Assembly: GCA_977016875.1 (NCBI GenBank)
Contig: CDRNST010000294.1
Location: 62,001-126,000, forward strand
Direction of reading: 5' to 3'
DNA length: 64,000 nucleotides
DNA from: Pavona decussata
Lineage: Eukaryota
Shown piece after piece: positions 48,012 to 60,089 of this stretch (position 1 is its first letter; every line of letters starts with the position of its first letter). The translations under genes and the position numbers were made by a program. The notes under the pieces were generated by a model that saw only the letters and a program-made list of their open reading frames with translations, did no database searches and was not told the origin of the DNA.

Positions 48012-49337
48012 TCAGTTTGGTTTGTTGAAAGGCTTATCATAAAAGTCCCAGAAGTTATCATCATTGTCATCAGCAGGGATATCTATTGGTGGAGGTAAGG
48101 GAGGCTGTACAGCATTTTCTTCTGGTGGTGGCATTACTGTGTTTTCAGTGCTTGGAGGTTTTTGTTCCTTCTTCTGTGGTTTCGGTTTAAGATTTGTCTT
48201 CTTCACTTTAGCTTGGGGTGGTGGAGGTTTCTCCATCTTTGGAATTACTGCTTTTGGTAGTTCATGTTTCATTTCTACGAAGAGCAAACAGAAAATAATG
48301 AATGTGAGTAACAACTAAAATAAATAACTAGTGAACCTCCTCAGGGTCACCCTTGTACTCTGATTGATTAAACTCTTTGGAATCATGGTAATATTAGGGA
48401 AGAGGTGAAAACTACTATCCTCAAACAGGACCAACCAAACCACAAAATAGATGGTGGTCTCTACCCTGCATCCCTGGCCCTACCTCAATCTCAAAAGATG
48501 GTGTCTTTATTGCATAGCCACCCCTCTATCCAGCAGTAAAAAATAACAATTATGAGATTCAAACCTCATTTTGCTTGTTTATCTAGCAATGGTGACTCTT
48601 GCAGATGAATATTTCTTTTTCAACTCAAATTTTAAAGCTAATAAATTTTATCCGTAATGTTCATGAGATAGGTGGTGCCTTCGACAAGCTCCCTACCTCA
48701 GACAAGGTGGGTCCTCTTTGAACAAACTTGTTTTCACCAGTTCTCTCATATAGGTTATTTTATAACTACAATAAAAGAAAAAATAATTACCATGTTTCTA
48801 TAGAATGTAAGCATTACTCAAACCAGCAATGGAAACAAAACCCGCGCATATCAGTTTCTTGTTCTCCCAAACCTGCATGTTTCCACTGATTACTTTCATA
48901 GAAGGGAATATTTACAGTTAGTGTTGGTTTTATGGTTTCTTTTAATTCATTTTTAATTGAATAAATGAATACTTCCCCGTCTAACACTGAGTAATATGAC
49001 TTTCGACACACACCTAGCATGAAAAGAAAAACGTCCCAAGCAGGAAATTTTGAACCCACATCTCCCCAGATGCTAGTCGGGCAATGATAACCACTAAACC
49101 ACACTGGCAACATGGCCACTTGTTAAAGTGAGCAGTTGTATCATCCGCAGGCCATTCCACAGGAGCTTTTCTTTTTGAGGTATACATGTGTTTCTTGGCT
49201 TCTTAATTCCAACACGGGATTAGCATTTTTAATTGCATTCAATTTTAATAATTACTAGTTAATTTATTTTTTTTTTTTTTTCTTTTTTCTTTAACAGGAC
49301 CCCTTTGAGAACAGAATTTATGTACTGGTGGGTTTAA

Positions 49338-49373
<36 letters not shown>

Positions 49374-49419
49374 CGTTATCGTTATCGTTATCGTTATCGT
49401 TATTATTATTATTATTATA

Positions 49420-49472
<53 letters not shown>

Positions 49473-50416
49473 AGTTTTGATTCAATTGTACCATGAACCA
49501 TGTACCATGTACCTCTGAAATGAAAATTTCATAATTCCTATTTAAAACTGGCACCATGTAAATACATGCACACTGTGGCCATAGCCCCCTGTTGAGGCTT
49601 TGGTTTCCAGTGGCCTGTTCTTTAGGCATGAGGTTAATAATTTACTGAGGTATACTAAAGAGTACGGATTTTGACATTGTGGTATATAAAAACTTCCTTG
49701 AGTTACCCCCCATCCCCCTCCCACTGGCCTCCCGCGCCATGCCACACACACACCCTGGGATCAAAGTGCCATATTCTAGAACAGCCTTTAAGCTTAAAAT
49801 TTCCTGGCAAAGGTATTTTATAGCTACCTGCCTGTTTCGGTAGACTCTCAAGATAAGCATCCCATTTTTTCTTCATTCTTTCATGGTGTACATTAGCCGC
49901 TGACCATTGTCCAAATGCGTCAGTCTGAATACCAAAGAACTTGTCTCCCTCCGTTGATGGAATAACTGGTTGCTTCTTGAAAACTTTAGTTGTTGTACTA
50001 TTCCACTCATTATTCCCAAGACCTGGAAAAACGTTCGATCTCAACGACATTGAAAGATTGTTATAGCTTCCAAAAGTGTTTCCACAAGACGAGCTTGAAC
50101 GGTGACCAAGTCCATTGACACCTTTAATTAGTTGTTGTTCTTTTAACTTAACACGACCAGCGGGCGGGTAACTTGGTAAATTACTGGAATAAAGTCGAGG
50201 TTTCACTTCTCTCCACCTCCCATGCCCGTCTTGCACAATACGTCTTCTAGCGTCTACGTTTAAGCTCACGTTTGGTATCGATGACAACAGCTCACTGCTT
50301 GCTCTTTTGGGTGGAAACTTGGGTCGGATGTATTCCTCAATGTCGAGTAACGTTTCAGATGCGACGATTTCTGCCAAGGCAGCTTTTTGTTCTTCTGAAC
50401 GCCCTTTGATTGCCAT
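48012..50416 (-). CDS. Uncharacterised protein, 2 exons, 283 aa, Pro/Lys-rich C-terminal part ending DDNFWDFYDKPFNKPN
   Basis: Exon 1 50416..49828 (MAIKGRSEEQ..KKKWDAYLESLPKQA, donor G|GTAGCT) and exon 2 48274..48012 (acceptor TCGTAG) join in phase 1 for 852 nt. No TE motifs are present. Confidence 0.75.
49339..49470. repeat. (ATT)n/(TTATCG)n compound microsatellite, tail of a short LINE 3' remnant
   Basis: Directly visible. It is preceded by caggacccctttgagaacag..gtactggtggg, which resembles a LINE 3' end. Confidence 0.9.
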
Positions 50417-50500
50417 AACTTCTATTCATTATTAATAAACCAGTCTACGGCAGTAATACTGCTGTGCCCTCTTGAAGTACGTCTTAGTTCGTTTTCACCA

Positions 50501-50529
50501 TCCGCCATATTTGTGTTGCATAGCAACAC
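50501..50529. promoter_or_regulatory. Bidirectional promoter core: YY1-like CCGCCATATT plus RFX X-box palindrome GTTGC-ATA-GCAAC
   Basis: gtgttgcatagcaacac at 50513..50529 lies about 100 bp upstream of the orphan-gene ATG. A strong donor GAG|GTAAGA at 50644 on + is the probable TXN2 5' UTR exon end. Confidence 0.65.
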
Positions 50530-51684
50530 GCACTTGCCTTCCCAAGTGTCTGTATGGGCTGAAAGGCCAGGTTGTCGTACACAAACCATGCGAACGGAAT
50601 ATCGCCGGTGTGGGGCAGTTGTTGTGTTTCGAACAAGTTTTGAGGTAAGATTAAAACGTTGTTTATAATTTAATACACATGAAGGAAAGTAAATTATTCC
50701 TTCTTTCAGAAATTATTGTCGTTGAAGTTTCACGCGAAATAAGTTGAGACGTACGGCACTGCACTGTGAGGCTGACCACACGCAACCCAAAATTACATGT
50801 AGTTATGTATTAGAAAAATCTAGAGTAATTCTAAATAAAATGCTTTCATCTTTACTTTATTGCTTCCTCAGTTGTCCTGCGCACTTAAGAGCCAAATTTC
50901 TCGTCATTTAAAAGTGAAATTTGCGGACGATTGTCTGGATTGTTCTAAGCAGTGGTTCGCATAGGCCACCAGTTTATACAGGTTTATATTTTATATTGAG
51001 ATTCTCGCCCGGGACTGAGTCGCCCGAAAAAAAAGTTTTCTTACCTTTACTTCATTGTTTCTTAGTGTGTCCTGGCCGGTTTAAGCGCGAAGGAAGGTTT
51101 CGACTTGTCCACTGCTCCCATTTAAATTCCATTGTTTGCCATATTAATTTTATAATATTTTATTATGTGGGGTGACCTGAGGGCAGACCGTGTCGTGTAG
51201 CTTCAAATTTGCACATTAATTTATTCATTAAACTCTGCTCTCTCCTAGAAGGAATCTATTATATTTCTGATTGTCTTCAACAAAAACGGCCCAATCAAAA
51301 TCTATTTTCGGCGCGTATATCTCGAGGGAGGAGACCCTCTCATCCTTACCTGTGTGATGTCAAATCATCATTATTTGCATCATGCGTAAATGCCAGTATA
51401 GGCATCTTGTTAAATTCATTCTCTCGATGCCTGTTTAACTTCCCAGCCCAGTCGCAGTGCAAACAGAGGTTCCTTGTAACTGATCACCCGAATTTGTGCC
51501 AGTGGGCATGATACAAGAAAGCTCTACAAACAATTCCATCCTATTTGCTATTTTGTACATTATATGAATCGTCTTGCATGCAGTCCTGTTTTTAGCTCAT
51601 CACATCAATAATTCCACCTCAACAGTTTCAAAGGAAACTCTTGCCCAAAACGGCAAAAAAGTCACTAAACGTAATTTATTATTA

Positions 51685-52542
51685 CAGTCGAACCTGTATA
51701 CATGTATAACAGCCACCCTCGGGACTTGAGTAACTGGCCGCTTAATACAGGTGGCCGCTTAATACAGGATCATTAAAAATACTCACTAGGCGTGGTCTAA
51801 TGTCAATTTTAATGGCGTATCATACAAAAACACTTCATGCAAGGAAACAATTGGACAATCAACACTCTTTCAAGTGATCAATACTTTAAACAAAGTTCAG
51901 TGCCAAATTGTAACTTAACGGTATAATATACGTAACATTGTGTAAAAGTACTATACAATAAATTGTCCTCTACTCTCCTACGGTATACAGTGCTCTATTT
52001 CTATGACGTACAGTTCACAACAAAATATCTCATTCCGTCATTTCGCAGTTGTTACGCTCAACGTTCAATGTCACATGGCTGAAGAACAAGTTAATTAAAG
52101 AGGAATTTCTTCCTAAAGAGTGAAGCATATTCAAAACAAACTTTTTTTTAGCGTTCGTGATATGGTACTGTACTTCAGCACATTGCGGACATCTGAAAAG
52201 TGTTAACTATACTAAATGGCCGAGTATCAACTTACAGTAGCTTTGTACATGTTATTTCTTTATAGTGATGCTGGATCGCATTTTAAACACAATAAAATAC
52301 CGCATAAAATAATATATGGCTTAGTTTCCATTTAAGGATGGCCGCTTAATACAGGTTTAAAATAACAAAGAAAGACAAACATAGGACTGCCACAGGGTGG
52401 CCGCGGCCGCTTAATAGAGGTGGCCGCCTAATACAGGTAACAAATACAGCGTTTGTATGAGCAAACAATCGGGACCTTAAAAACTGGCCGCTTAATAGAA
52501 GGTGGCCACTTAATACAGGGCCGTGCTATACAGGTTCGACTG
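51685..52542. mobile_element. Tc1/pogo(Tigger)-type MITE, 858 bp, TA TSD
   Basis: ta|cagtcgaacctgtata ... tatacaggttcgactg|ta, with subterminal tggccgcttaatacagg repeats. Confidence 0.92.
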
Positions 52543-52818
52543 TATTTTTGCATGTCAGGGTATCAATAATTATTAGTCTTTCGCGCTTTACAGCAAGTCC
52601 ACAGCTGGTTAGAAACCAGAATTGTTAATTTAATTCATCCAGATTTGTGGATGGTGACAGACTAAAGAATCAGACCAATGTCAGCAGAGGTTTCTTATTT
52701 GCCTGCCAGCACATATAGGGCCACCAAGAAACCTCTCCTCATGGGGTACTGGATTAAGCTTTAAAGGCTATAGTGGCATTGCATCATATGTGCCCTCTAA
52801 GGGCTGATCCCCATTGAT

Positions 52819-52856
<38 letters not shown>
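52819..52856. repeat. (GTT)n microsatellite
   Basis: Directly visible. Confidence 0.95.
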
Positions 52857-55188
52857 ACATACAGTAATTAAGCACCTTTTAAGTTTTTGGACAGCTATGT
52901 TGGACTTCAATCAATGCATACTTGATTCCTTTTTTTGTGTGCCAAATCTGGCAACCTTTGAAATTAAAAACTAGCTTGGCGAAAGTCTTCATCAAACACA
53001 GTAGCAGTACCTTATCTTATGTCAGGGTGTTTGAGTCCCAGATTTTGGAGGAGAGGGGTACTCCCTGAAAATCTGTTAGGTGTGGGAGGCTTCTTGAAAC
53101 CCTTACCCTATTTCAGGTCAAATATGTGATTTCTCCTACCATGTTTCAGACCAGAGTCTTAGATCAATACAATGTACCTTATATATCCAGACCATACAAA
53201 TCATCATGTTAACCCACTGCAAATATCAGCAAGAGGCTAATTAAATTGGTCAAAAGAATGAGATGAAAACAGCCAACATGTGAAATCAATACCCAGTTCC
53301 AGGCCAACCTTACCCCACATACATGTAGGGTATTTGAGACCAAAAAGACTCAAAGACAATATCTGCTCTTTGATGCCACACATACCTAATTAGCCTAGAT
53401 ATAGCCAAAAGAGGAATAACATAGCTTTTTTTAGCCAATTGTATGAGGTATTTCAATTCAAGAATGTGGAGCAGACGGACAGACAGACCAAACTGTGCGG
53501 GAACACTCCTGACTGACAAAAGTACTCTGTAAAGTAGTCAAGTCCTGTTTTATTGATAGCTTTTATTCCATCATTTTCACAAATTATATTGCTCGCGATC
53601 CCAATGTACCCAACTATTTTTTCTCTTATAAAAGCTTTTTGATAACATCTGTTAATCACATGAATCATTAATGACATATCCAAATTTCCATGTATAATTT
53701 GTGTGGAACCTCACTGCCACACAATTTTCAACCACAGGAGCCTTGTCAGTTGTGTCAACTCTGCAAAGTTTTGAAAAATTGTATGTATTAGTGCATATTT
53801 AGCATAGCATTAAACTCCACTGCAGTTGAGCAGATATATAATTTTGTTTTTGTTTTCTGTTGAGTTGGTCTTGAATAACAGCATCACTACTATAATTTTC
53901 AATTTCTTGTTTTCTTGAGTTGTAACTGGTCCTCGTGTCTGACTGCAAAATTCTGCCGAATATAAGGCTCTAGGCTTAATTCTGAAAAGGACATTTTGGG
54001 GGATACAGGCTTATTATTGGAGGGAATTCAGTTGGCTCTGAAAATTACGGTTTAAATTAAACATAAAATAGCACCTCACCCAAACAGATCAAGGGCTTTT
54101 ATTTAAAGGGCTTTTTTGTCTTTTTTTTCTTCAGAACAATTTTAACATCTGAAAATTGAGAGTGTCATTATTTCCAATAGTATTCACTCAACAGATTTAA
54201 AATTTTTACTTGGATTATTACTCCCTCAGTCATAACTATAACAAAATTCTTGGATCCGATAATTTGGCTATCAGCATTCGCCATTTCTGTAATAAAGGGA
54301 ATGGGTCATATCACAGATCAAGATATGCACAGTACAAACTAACAATTCTGGAAAAATTAAGTTGGGCTGCTGGAATCTGTGTTCTCTCCCACTGCTGTTG
54401 AATCAGGTACAATCCAGCCAGACTCCATGGATCTCCATGAGAGACAAGACCTAAGATTTGTTGTACTTCTTGCCTACTCTGTTTGTCTTGATCCATCTTC
54501 CAAGTAAGTGGATAAAGTTGAGCTTGATTGATGTCAATCAAAAGAAAGCTGTGGAAATAAATTTGAATTCAGTTGACAAGATTTCAAAGCAACAAAGCCA
54601 AAATGACAATTTACCCACTGACAAATGGTAAGACTTAATTTTAGTTTAAACTAAACTGAAGGTTGTCTTTAACAGATTTCATTGCACATAATAATTTACA
54701 AAATGCAGCATTGGGGGTGAGTTAGCAAATACTCATGTCTTGTGAAATTTAAAAGTTTTTAATTAAAAATACAGTTTCTTCTAAACTTCACCTTTTCTTT
54801 TAAATATTTGAATTTACTTGAGAATCAATTTTTAGAAGGTTTCACCTTATGTTAGTGGGAATAAAATTGTTAATTTTTTGGTGTTGTTGCCTTGAAGTAA
54901 TTTGAATGGCTTTTCTTTGATTGACATCTACCAAAAGGAAACTTTATCAGACACTTTTGAAGGTGGTAGGTTGCTTGTTATTTGTAACTACTGTGAGGCA
55001 CAGATCACCATAGCCTCCAACGCAGACGTCCTTAGGGGTTCGTCACATGTTTCCTCCCCCACGTTAGCTAAGATCACCAAAGATCAGGGGTGACAGACCT
55101 GAGCAATTAGTCTTGGCAGATTATGAGTAAATTACATGTAATTTTCAAGTTTTCTTATTAAGATCAGATATTTTTCTTTACAGTTCAC

Positions 55189-57906
55189 ATGTTAAGAATG
55201 GCTCATCGTTTGACATCACACCACAGGGCACTATTTTCACCAAAGTATCTCTCTGGAACTTCAGCTCACATCACTACAACATCATATTTCAGAGCCCCAT
55301 TTGATGTTAAGGACAAGGATGACTTTGACAAGAGAGTGCTTGCCTCGGAAAAGCCCGTTCTTGTGGACTTTCATGCTTCGTATGAATTCCTTTTAAATCT
55401 TGAGCTCTTACATGTATCTGATAGCCTTGCAGTAGGCACTAACCCCACCCAATGCCTATACAGTTATACCACAATGTCGTGTCTGAAGATGATATAGGTG
55501 TGCCTTTAATTAAGACCAATTAGTCTAGAAATGGCCGCCCTTCAAGCTCCATAGGTACAGAAACCCCTGGAAAATGTTAAGTAATTATATAAACTTAAGA
55601 ACTTAACCAAAATGGCAGCTTCATTAACTAGATGCACATGACAGCTTTGGACACACATACTGTATCTCAATGTTTTCTTCTTTTTTTGATACCTTGGAAG
55701 GACTATACATGTAGCTTCAAATTCAATGCTGTAACAAGTTAGTAAAGCCGTTGGTTTCCCATATAAACAATATCAACAGCACAAGTCAATAGTCAGTGGT
55801 CCGTAGTAGGCCCAAGGTTTTCAAACAGCTTACAGCCAACAGGGAGTCAATAGGCAAGATGAGATCTTTTGGGTCACCTTCAGCTAGTCATTATATTGTG
55901 AAAATTCAATCTTCATGTATCCTAGTAATTGGTGTTCCATTAATTCTATTCCCTATAAACCAGAGTGCAGCCAATCGTTTCAGACTATAGCAGCTATCAT
56001 TTGGTGCAATTTGGTCACACTATAGGGAGTTGGGTTTGACTATCCAGAATTATCCAAACAAACACTTTTTTATTTGTTACTTTCACAATTCTTTGCCACC
56101 AGAGTTTTTTCTTGTTATATAAGAAACTTGTGTTGTTTTTTTCAAGTCAGTTTGTAATGTCTGTTGTGGATAATTGCTTGTAGGTGGTGTGCGCCATGCA
56201 GAGCATTGGCTCCAAAGTTAAATACCATTATTGGAGAAAAGGATGGATTACTAGAACTGGCAAAAGTTGATATAGACGTCAATCCTGATTTAGCGTTTCA
56301 ATATAATGTAAGTATTTGTGTAACACTCTGTAACTTTAATTCTCCTCACTCCATGTAATAATATTTCTTATACTACTAGTTGGGAGACTTTGTCTAAAAA
56401 TGAAGACATTTCATATTTGGTGATTATAATTTTCTTTATTCTCCTGACTTACTGTAAATGTTTAATCAAGTAGTGACATTGTAAGGAGAAATGAGATGTT
56501 GGTCACCACTGGGGCTCAAAGGGTTAAGCAACAGTACCCCCCCCCCCCCCCACCCCAAGAAAAAGCCCTCTCCAATATTTTATTAGTATTTAAAATGGTG
56601 GGTTTTTTTTTCGTTTTTTTTCCCACCCTCCCCGTCTCCTCTTTTCTTTCTCCTGAGACTGAATATTCTGATATTCTGATCAGCCTTGTCTTCTGGTCAG
56701 CTCGTCCAAAATAGCGAAAAAATAGCTATCAGTTTTATGATAAGTAAAGGTTGCCATGTAAATCAAAAGTGGTGATAGATGAAGAATGCTCAATTTGAAG
56801 GTACACGGTATACCCTGATAAAGGCAGACGGCAACCTTACGAGAACGTCGCAAAGCAATAAGAAAACCACAACTGACAACGTGCGTTATAAATTTTGGTA
56901 CATTAATCTTCTCTGTAAACAACGTGAAATGACCAATTCAAGGCTCTGTGGTGAAGGTGGGCACACGACGGTATATTTTTAATTCTCTGTCTCAACTTGA
57001 ACGCCCTTCTCACCAGTTGTGTTACTGGATAGTTCAGCCACATTGTACAAGTTCGGCGAATTGGAATAATCACGAAGTGGTACAAGTAACGCGAACTTAC
57101 ATTTACGTTGCCGTCGTGGTTGCTTGAAGTCCCTAATTTGATCGATGATGACAGCCGGTCTGGTTTACAGATATCCCTTGTATTTTATTTGGGGCAGTTG
57201 GCGGTTCTAAGATACATCTGTTAATTTTCCCTACCTTGTCTCCCCTCCGCAAAAAATAACTAAATAAATGTGCCTGGTTACTAGTTGCCCACCTGTAAGT
57301 GCGCTAACTTTTTTTAGTGATATGCTTTTTTAAAACTTGTTAAAAGCAGCTTGTTAAAACAAGCTGCCAGTAGCTATTTGATTCGATTTAGTTTACTGCG
57401 CCTTTCAATAACATGCGGACTCTGAAGTTCAAAATGCAATCAATCGTTACGCTTTTCACTGCCGTCAATCACTGCAGCGGACCTCGTAGAAAACAAAACG
57501 TTTGGCTCAACAGGGTCAAAAAGTCATGTTCGTGCGCTGTGATTGGCGGATTTCGATCCTCTTTGTCGGTTTCTGTATTTTTCTGGGTCAGTTGCTTGTC
57601 GCCGTAATTATGATTGACGGCAGTAAAATACGCAAATCGTTAGCTGGGGTTGAAGTTCAGAGTCGTATGTTATTGAAAGGCGCAGTAAAGCAAGTTTGGA
57701 ACATACTCTACCGATTCTTTTGAAGTTGGTCAAGTAGTATTTTGTAGCGTTTGTGTGAATTATTGCTCTTAGTTTCTGTCTCCTTTTTTCAGGTCAAAGG
57801 AGTTCCCACCGTTTTGGGCATCAAAAATGGAAAAATTGTTGGTGAATTTTCAGGACTCGTAGAAAATGAGCAGCTAAGAGAATTTGTGGAAAGGCTGTTA
57901 AAGTAG
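55189..57906 (+). CDS. TXN2: Thioredoxin, mitochondrial (Trx2), 142 aa
   Basis: Exons 55189..55379 (Arg/Ser-rich acid-free presequence, then FDVKDKDDFDKRVLASEKPVLVDFHAS), 56184..56307 (WCAPC..LAKVDID) and 57793..57906 (VKGVPTV..KNG..EFSG). Total 429 nt with consistent phases. Confidence 0.93.
56320..56528. mobile_element. Degenerate piggyBac-like MITE (one intact ..AAAGGG|TTAA end)
   Basis: The right end is ttgtaaggagaaatgagatgttggtcaccactggggctcaaagggttaa. The left end is decayed. Confidence 0.45.
57396..57685. mobile_element. MITE with about 36-bp TIRs, TA-flanked
   Basis: ta|ctgcgcctttcaataacatgcggactctgaagttcaa ... ttgaagttcagagtcgtatgttattgaaaggcgcag|ta. Confidence 0.85.
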
Positions 57907-58641
57907 AGCAATTTTTTAGCACTGTGCATTACTAAAGTTCAATTGTGAAAATAGCAAGTAATACTGCGAAAATTTTATTTGTGAGGAGAAAGAAATTAAG
58001 GTATTTGAACAAGTATTGAAATTGGGACAGACTAATGGAAAGCTTACTTTACACGAAGGTGACATAAACCAAAAAAATTTTTAAAAAAACTTCAAGTCAA
58101 ATGCAAGGAAGACAGACAGAAAAGACTCTCCCAATTTTGGTTCAGCTAACTTGCACCAGCAAATGTACTGTGTGAAAAAATTTGGAGCACTCTTAAGATA
58201 ATAAAACGATTTGTATATGGGATCATGAATATCACTAATTTGTATGAGTTTTCTAATCAATAAAACTGATCAGTCATTAAGCCACAATGCGATCGTCTAT
58301 AGTTTTCAGTGTCGTTGTTCTGCTGCGGCAATTTAGGGATGAAGATGCTGACATCAAAAGGTGTATCCGGCGTAGGTAGCGTTTCGTGGATTACGCGGGG
58401 ATTTGTGCGTTTTCTCTGTTTGAACGCACGGAAATTGGGATCAGAGCGAAAAAACAGAGGAAGAGGGGAGAGGAAAGGATTAGCACGGTCTTCTTTTTTC
58501 CTCCCTCAAGAGGGGACCTCGAGAACAAGAACAGTGCTTCAACCAGGAGCCATGCTTTAACCGTATGCGACAAGTCCAAATGGTAGTATGGGTAGCTATA
58601 ATTTGGCTGTAATTTGACGGTTTCAAATGACATAGGATGGG

Positions 58642-58816
58642 TTAAAGCACCGGGGACAAACATTGGTGAATTTGAAATATTGTAAAATTGACGCTGTTAA
58701 GAGAGTTTAAACCGACGTTGCGGCAATGCTGTCTTCTTCAGGGTACAAAACTATACCGTTAAAAAGTTCGTGCAAACATTGGTGAGCTCACCAACATTTG
58801 TCCCCGGGTGAGTTTA
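58642..58816. mobile_element. Small MITE, about 175 bp
   Basis: ttaaagcaccggggacaaacattggtga ... tcaccaacatttgtccccgggtgagtttaa. Confidence 0.75.
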
Positions 58817-58974
58817 ATAAAGTTATTATCCATATCAGCTCAAGTCGCGGCCTTGTCGCGTAGAAATAACTGTATACAGCTGTTTCGACAAAGGTTGTCC
58901 TAAGAAAGCGGAAAAGCGTACGCGACGATGCCGAAAGGTAGTCTGGGAAATACCAAATAAAGGTCGAGGCATAA

Positions 58975-59048
58975 TGCAGTTGATGACGTCATAATGACAT
59001 AATGCAGGTGATGACGTCATAAACTCAACCGAATTTTGATCAAATATC

Positions 59049-59086
<38 letters not shown>

Positions 59087-59625
59087 CTTGATTCTTTGCA
59101 GTTACATTGTTCCAGGTGCGCTTCATAATATGAGCTTATCAGTTTTGTTACCATGGCAACATACTGGGTTCCAGTCCTCCCTGATACTTAAGGCTTTGCT
59201 GGCCACCTTTGGCGTTCTATTTTGATATTTGCCAATGGTGCCTCATCTGCATGATCCAGCAAGCGTATAAATATGTTAGGTCGAGTTCGTGGCCTTGTTA
59301 AATGTTTTTCAAGCTGAAAATCACTTAAATATTGAAATCAGGTTGGCGGGGACTGGAAAAGAGTGAGTTGCCATGGGAACCAAATTTTTTATAGCCGTGG
59401 GTGTATAGCCTTTAGAACTATTAGCCTGCCAGGTTTCAATGGTCTCTGCTGTAAATTGACTGAGATAGCTCTATTTTTATACTTGATGTTATATTGAGTT
59501 GAGAATATGACGTCATCAGTCATCTATTTTCAAACTTAAATATCTCCGGAACCAATGCAGATATTTAGAAACGGTAAACGGCGTTTTTAATCTTTCCTAG
59601 AATTCTATGTGATAAACCTTAAAAT

Positions 59626-59659
<34 letters not shown>

Positions 59660-59660
59660 A
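58975..59660. mobile_element. Kolobok-like non-autonomous element with internal inverted symmetry; right end at ..gatcatagtagcac-TTAA
   Basis: tgacgtcataaactcaacc pairs with agttgagaatatgacgtca. The terminal motif ends in TTAA. The left end is not resolved. Confidence 0.55.
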
Positions 59661-60063
59661 AGTTACTTCTATTTTTAGAATTTGTGAATGAATAGTGTTT
59701 TGATGAATTAATTGGATTTTTTTGTAAAGGCAGGTTGATTGTAAATAGGATTTTAATTGAGGTTTTGTAATAAAGATTTTACTTGTAAAATTTTTTAAAG
59801 AAAAAACAAATGTCATAACAATAATAATAATAAAAATAATAATAATTTTTTAAATCTATTATTATTATTATTATTTTAAAACATTGTGTTTGAAAATAGT
59901 CTTTTTTTGTTTATAATAATAATAATAGACAACAATAATAATAAAATCTTTATTACAAAACCCCAATTAAAATCCTATTTATAATCAACCTGCTGTTAAA
60001 AAAATCCAATTAATTCATCGAAACACTATTCATTCACAAATTCTAAAAAAAGAAGCAACTTAA
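59660..60063. repeat. AT-rich inverted repeat (about 120-bp arms) around a TAA/TTA microsatellite spacer
   Basis: aagttacttct.tttttagaatttgtgaatgaatagtgttt..ggttttgtaataaagatttt is mirrored at about 59943..60061. Confidence 0.85.
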
Positions 60064-60089
60064 CCTTACATAAAAGAAGAGGAAATAGC

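Noticed and set aside
49318-49629. Poly-Asn ORF
   Set aside because: It is a translation of the (ATT)n microsatellite inside an intron.
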